37,840 bases of DNA from a virus (Duplodnaviria; Caudoviricetes). A program made the position numbers and the translations under genes. Each line of letters starts with the position of its first letter. The first letter of the stretch is position 1. The notes below the pieces were generated by a model. The model was given only the letters and a program-made list of their open reading frames with translations. It was not told where the DNA came from and made no database searches. Below are positions 35,544 to 37,840 of this stretch, piece by piece. The stretch lies in the IMG/VR virus record IMGVR_UViG_3300038406_000036, positions 1-37,840 of that record; one strand, written 5' to 3'.

Positions 35544-35804
35544 TGTCCCTATGCCATCCGATTCCACTTTCCATTTCACTCCCATTCCACCCCCCGTAAT
35601 GTCCATAGATGATCATGTGTTTCTGCTGGTCAGGGGGCATGAGTTGACATAACCACAGTGGACCTGGTAGGGTTCACCACATTGGATTCTTTCCAGTCCA
35701 CAGTAAACAACGTCATGATCATTTCACCCGCCATTTCATCACTTTTAACCTTCACGCTCTGTAGTCAGTACCCTCTCGATATGTAGCCACCGGCCATTAG
35801 AATA

Positions 35805-36185
35805 GTGAGGAATGAGTTAGAGATGGATGAATTAGGGACTGAAATATATAGGCTATTAGCTCGTAATGATGAGATGGGAGTTAGTGCTATTGCTACAGCG
35901 CTGGAGTTGCCTGTAGCCACGGTACATAGATACATGAGTAAGCAAAATACGTTTATTAAGACTGTGCATAGGAAATGGAGATTGCCTATTGTAGATAGAG
36001 ATTGGCCGTTGTTTGGAGATGAGACAGAACCAGAAAAAGAGGTACAGTCTATATTGGATAGTCCACAACAGAATACCGGTAAGATGTTGGAGTTGATAAG
36101 GTACTATGAGTCTGTTATGGACATAGCTAATAGGAGAGTGAGGTTCCTAAAGAGACTTGGACAAGAGGTATACAGAGATAGGTAA
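35805..36185 (+). CDS. winged-HTH DNA-binding protein
   Basis: EIYRLLA..DEMGVSAIATALELPVATVHRYM IclR-like HTH. Confidence 0.75.
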   Translation: MRNELEMDELGTEIYRLLARNDEMGVSAIATALELPVATVHRYMSKQNTFIKTVHRKWRLPIVDRDWPLFGDETEPEKEVQSILDSPQQNTGKMLELIRYYESVMDIANRRVRFLKRLGQEVYRDR

Positions 36186-36473
36186 ATATAGGAATATAGG
36201 AATGTCTGAGTGGACAAAGGCTGCATATTGAGATCAATGAATAATACGTTTGGTCAAATTTTTTGACCGAATAGCCTATAGACAACTAGCCGTTTGGGTA
36301 TAGTGTTGTGAGTATGAAGGCGTGTCCAGACAGCAAAGGCGAAAGTGCAAGCCGCACTTTCGTACGTGTGGTGCTCGGGACGTAACCTGTTTTTTGACAA
36401 TTGGATTTGTGTAGTGACCATATGGCAACTCATGCGTGTTCTTTTCCTACGCAAGAGAGGGGCTGTATCTGTC

Positions 36474-37037
36474 ATGGTTAAGAAGACATCGTGGGTAATC
36501 ACATATGCCAATAGGCCGTGTGATGTCGTGTATTCGGAACCGGTTATGAGAATGCTCGTAACCGCGCATGACCCCGTAAAGGTTGAGCGTGTTGTAACAG
36601 AATGGTCAGTGAGAACATTCACAGAACTATCCCGCACAGAGGTGCCTCTGGACTCTTTGAGGACAAAGAAAGAGACTCCGAACGTTTGGATTTTCGCCTG
36701 CACTTCGGGGGATGCGTACGACATCACGCAAACGGACGACCGCGTGAAGGACGGAGACGTTCTGATCGTTCCGAGTGAGGGAATCGTGGGTGTTATGGTC
36801 GAGGCATGGCCAACGGCAATGACATCGGAGAATGGGCAATTTCACAAGCTTTCTTCTGTATTCCTCCATGCGTCTCCTGTATCCGACAGTCCTACGTACA
36901 CCAAATCGTTTGTGTTGGCTGCAGCGTACGTACGTAGCAAGCCGTACCAAACAGCCGAGAAAGGGCGGATGGTGTGGAAGCAACTCATCCGGATGAATGA
37001 GGAAGTCCTAGCTGAGAAACACAACGTTTTGATTTAG
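36474..37037 (+). CDS. early hypothetical protein
   Basis: GAGGGG RBS before ATG 36474 in the frame of ORF 36345; SGDAYDITQTDDRVKDGDVL motif. Confidence 0.65.
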   Translation: MVKKTSWVITYANRPCDVVYSEPVMRMLVTAHDPVKVERVVTEWSVRTFTELSRTEVPLDSLRTKKETPNVWIFACTSGDAYDITQTDDRVKDGDVLIVPSEGIVGVMVEAWPTAMTSENGQFHKLSSVFLHASPVSDSPTYTKSFVLAAAYVRSKPYQTAEKGRMVWKQLIRMNEEVLAEKHNVLI

Positions 37038-37124
37038 GTATTCATCGTATGAGTTGCTTTATGGTTACTACACAAAACCGGCAGTGATATGGTGACTCAC
37101 AACCTGTGTTTAGGAAGGTGAGTC

Positions 37125-37556
37125 ATGGCAACAGTTTTGGGAAGTAAAGGTAACCCAGCGTCTCACAGAATGGGCAACTCCAAGCTTAAGTCACGTAGGG
37201 CTAAGAGTTGGGCAGACGGACAGGCGAGGAAGCTTGCACGTCAGAAGTTGCAGAACAAGCGCGCTGAGATCAATAGGCAGCGTGTAGCTCTGGGCGAACG
37301 TACTACCTGGCAAGAGGCAAAGTTTATTGCGCGTCAGCGTAAGCTTGGCATCCTGGTAAATGAGACGACCGCTCCTGTGGGCCGTTTTCTTGACCACGCT
37401 GAGCGTAGCACTAAGTGCCAGTGCGAGCATGCCGACCATTTCGACGGCATGCACCACAAGTATCTTAGTGTCGAGGCAGGCACTAAGAAAGTTGCCTTTG
37501 TTGGCGCTGTGTGTGATCCGTGTTTCCGTAAGCATGCTTACGGCGCTGTGGCGTGA
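37125..37556 (+). CDS. early basic protein with C-terminal Cys/His cluster
   Basis: AGGAAGGTG RBS; CQCEH...H...VCDPC. Confidence 0.7.
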   Translation: MATVLGSKGNPASHRMGNSKLKSRRAKSWADGQARKLARQKLQNKRAEINRQRVALGERTTWQEAKFIARQRKLGILVNETTAPVGRFLDHAERSTKCQCEHADHFDGMHHKYLSVEAGTKKVAFVGAVCDPCFRKHAYGAVA

Positions 37557-37559
37557 GTC

Positions 37560-37840
37560 ATGGCAACAGTACGGCGCTACATATTTGTAAGTCATCATGC
37601 CAAGCAATCTCAAATGTGGGACATTCAACCGTACTACACAGTGAACGATGATAGTCCCTTGCGAATACTAGACCGTGATGGGCAACCATGGAACGTCTGG
37701 TATAGTCGATTTACGGATAGTGAGTCTGTATCCGCTTTCGACATGGCGCGCGCTGTGTTAGGTGTAAGACTATCAGCGGTTGACTATATGGACTACAGGA
37801 TGTCGTCCGATGGAATAGTGTATTGGGATGATGATAGAAA
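37560..37840 (+). CDS. early hypothetical protein (3'-truncated by window)
   Basis: MATVRRYIFVSHHAK... open to the end of the window. Confidence 0.6.
   Translation, partial: MATVRRYIFVSHHAKQSQMWDIQPYYTVNDDSPLRILDRDGQPWNVWYSRFTDSESVSAFDMARAVLGVRLSAVDYMDYRMSSDGIVYWDDDR

Noticed and set aside
1-37840. Stop-codon reassignment or diversity-generating retroelement
   Set aside because: Genes are intact under code 11 and use all three stop codons; no reverse transcriptase or TR/VR pair seen

Overview
Near-complete, AT-rich (about 35-40% GC by eye) tailed-phage genome with podovirus-like architecture and two convergent arms. The + arm (1-15310) carries recombination and replication genes: HNH, PD-(D/E)xK exonuclease, SLOG, Sak4-like ATPase, SSB, tRNA(CAU), RepB-type primase-helicase and a RuvC-like resolvase. 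Its family A DNA polymerase is split into separate exonuclease (6906-7517) and polymerase (11773-12966) genes. The 4.2 kb between them holds an RNase AS-like exonuclease, an endolysin-holin cassette and two GC-rich candidate structured RNAs. The - arm (34854-15360) encodes TerS, three paralogous fibre-like proteins, TerL, portal, scaffold, major capsid, adaptor, nozzle, ejection proteins and an M23 peptidase. A non-coding region with 8-bp tandem repeats (34855-35804) probably marks the genome ends and is followed by GC-richer early genes. Protein families point to an actinobacterial host. No integrase, reverse transcriptase or CRISPR array was seen. All family calls come from motif recognition by eye, not database searches.
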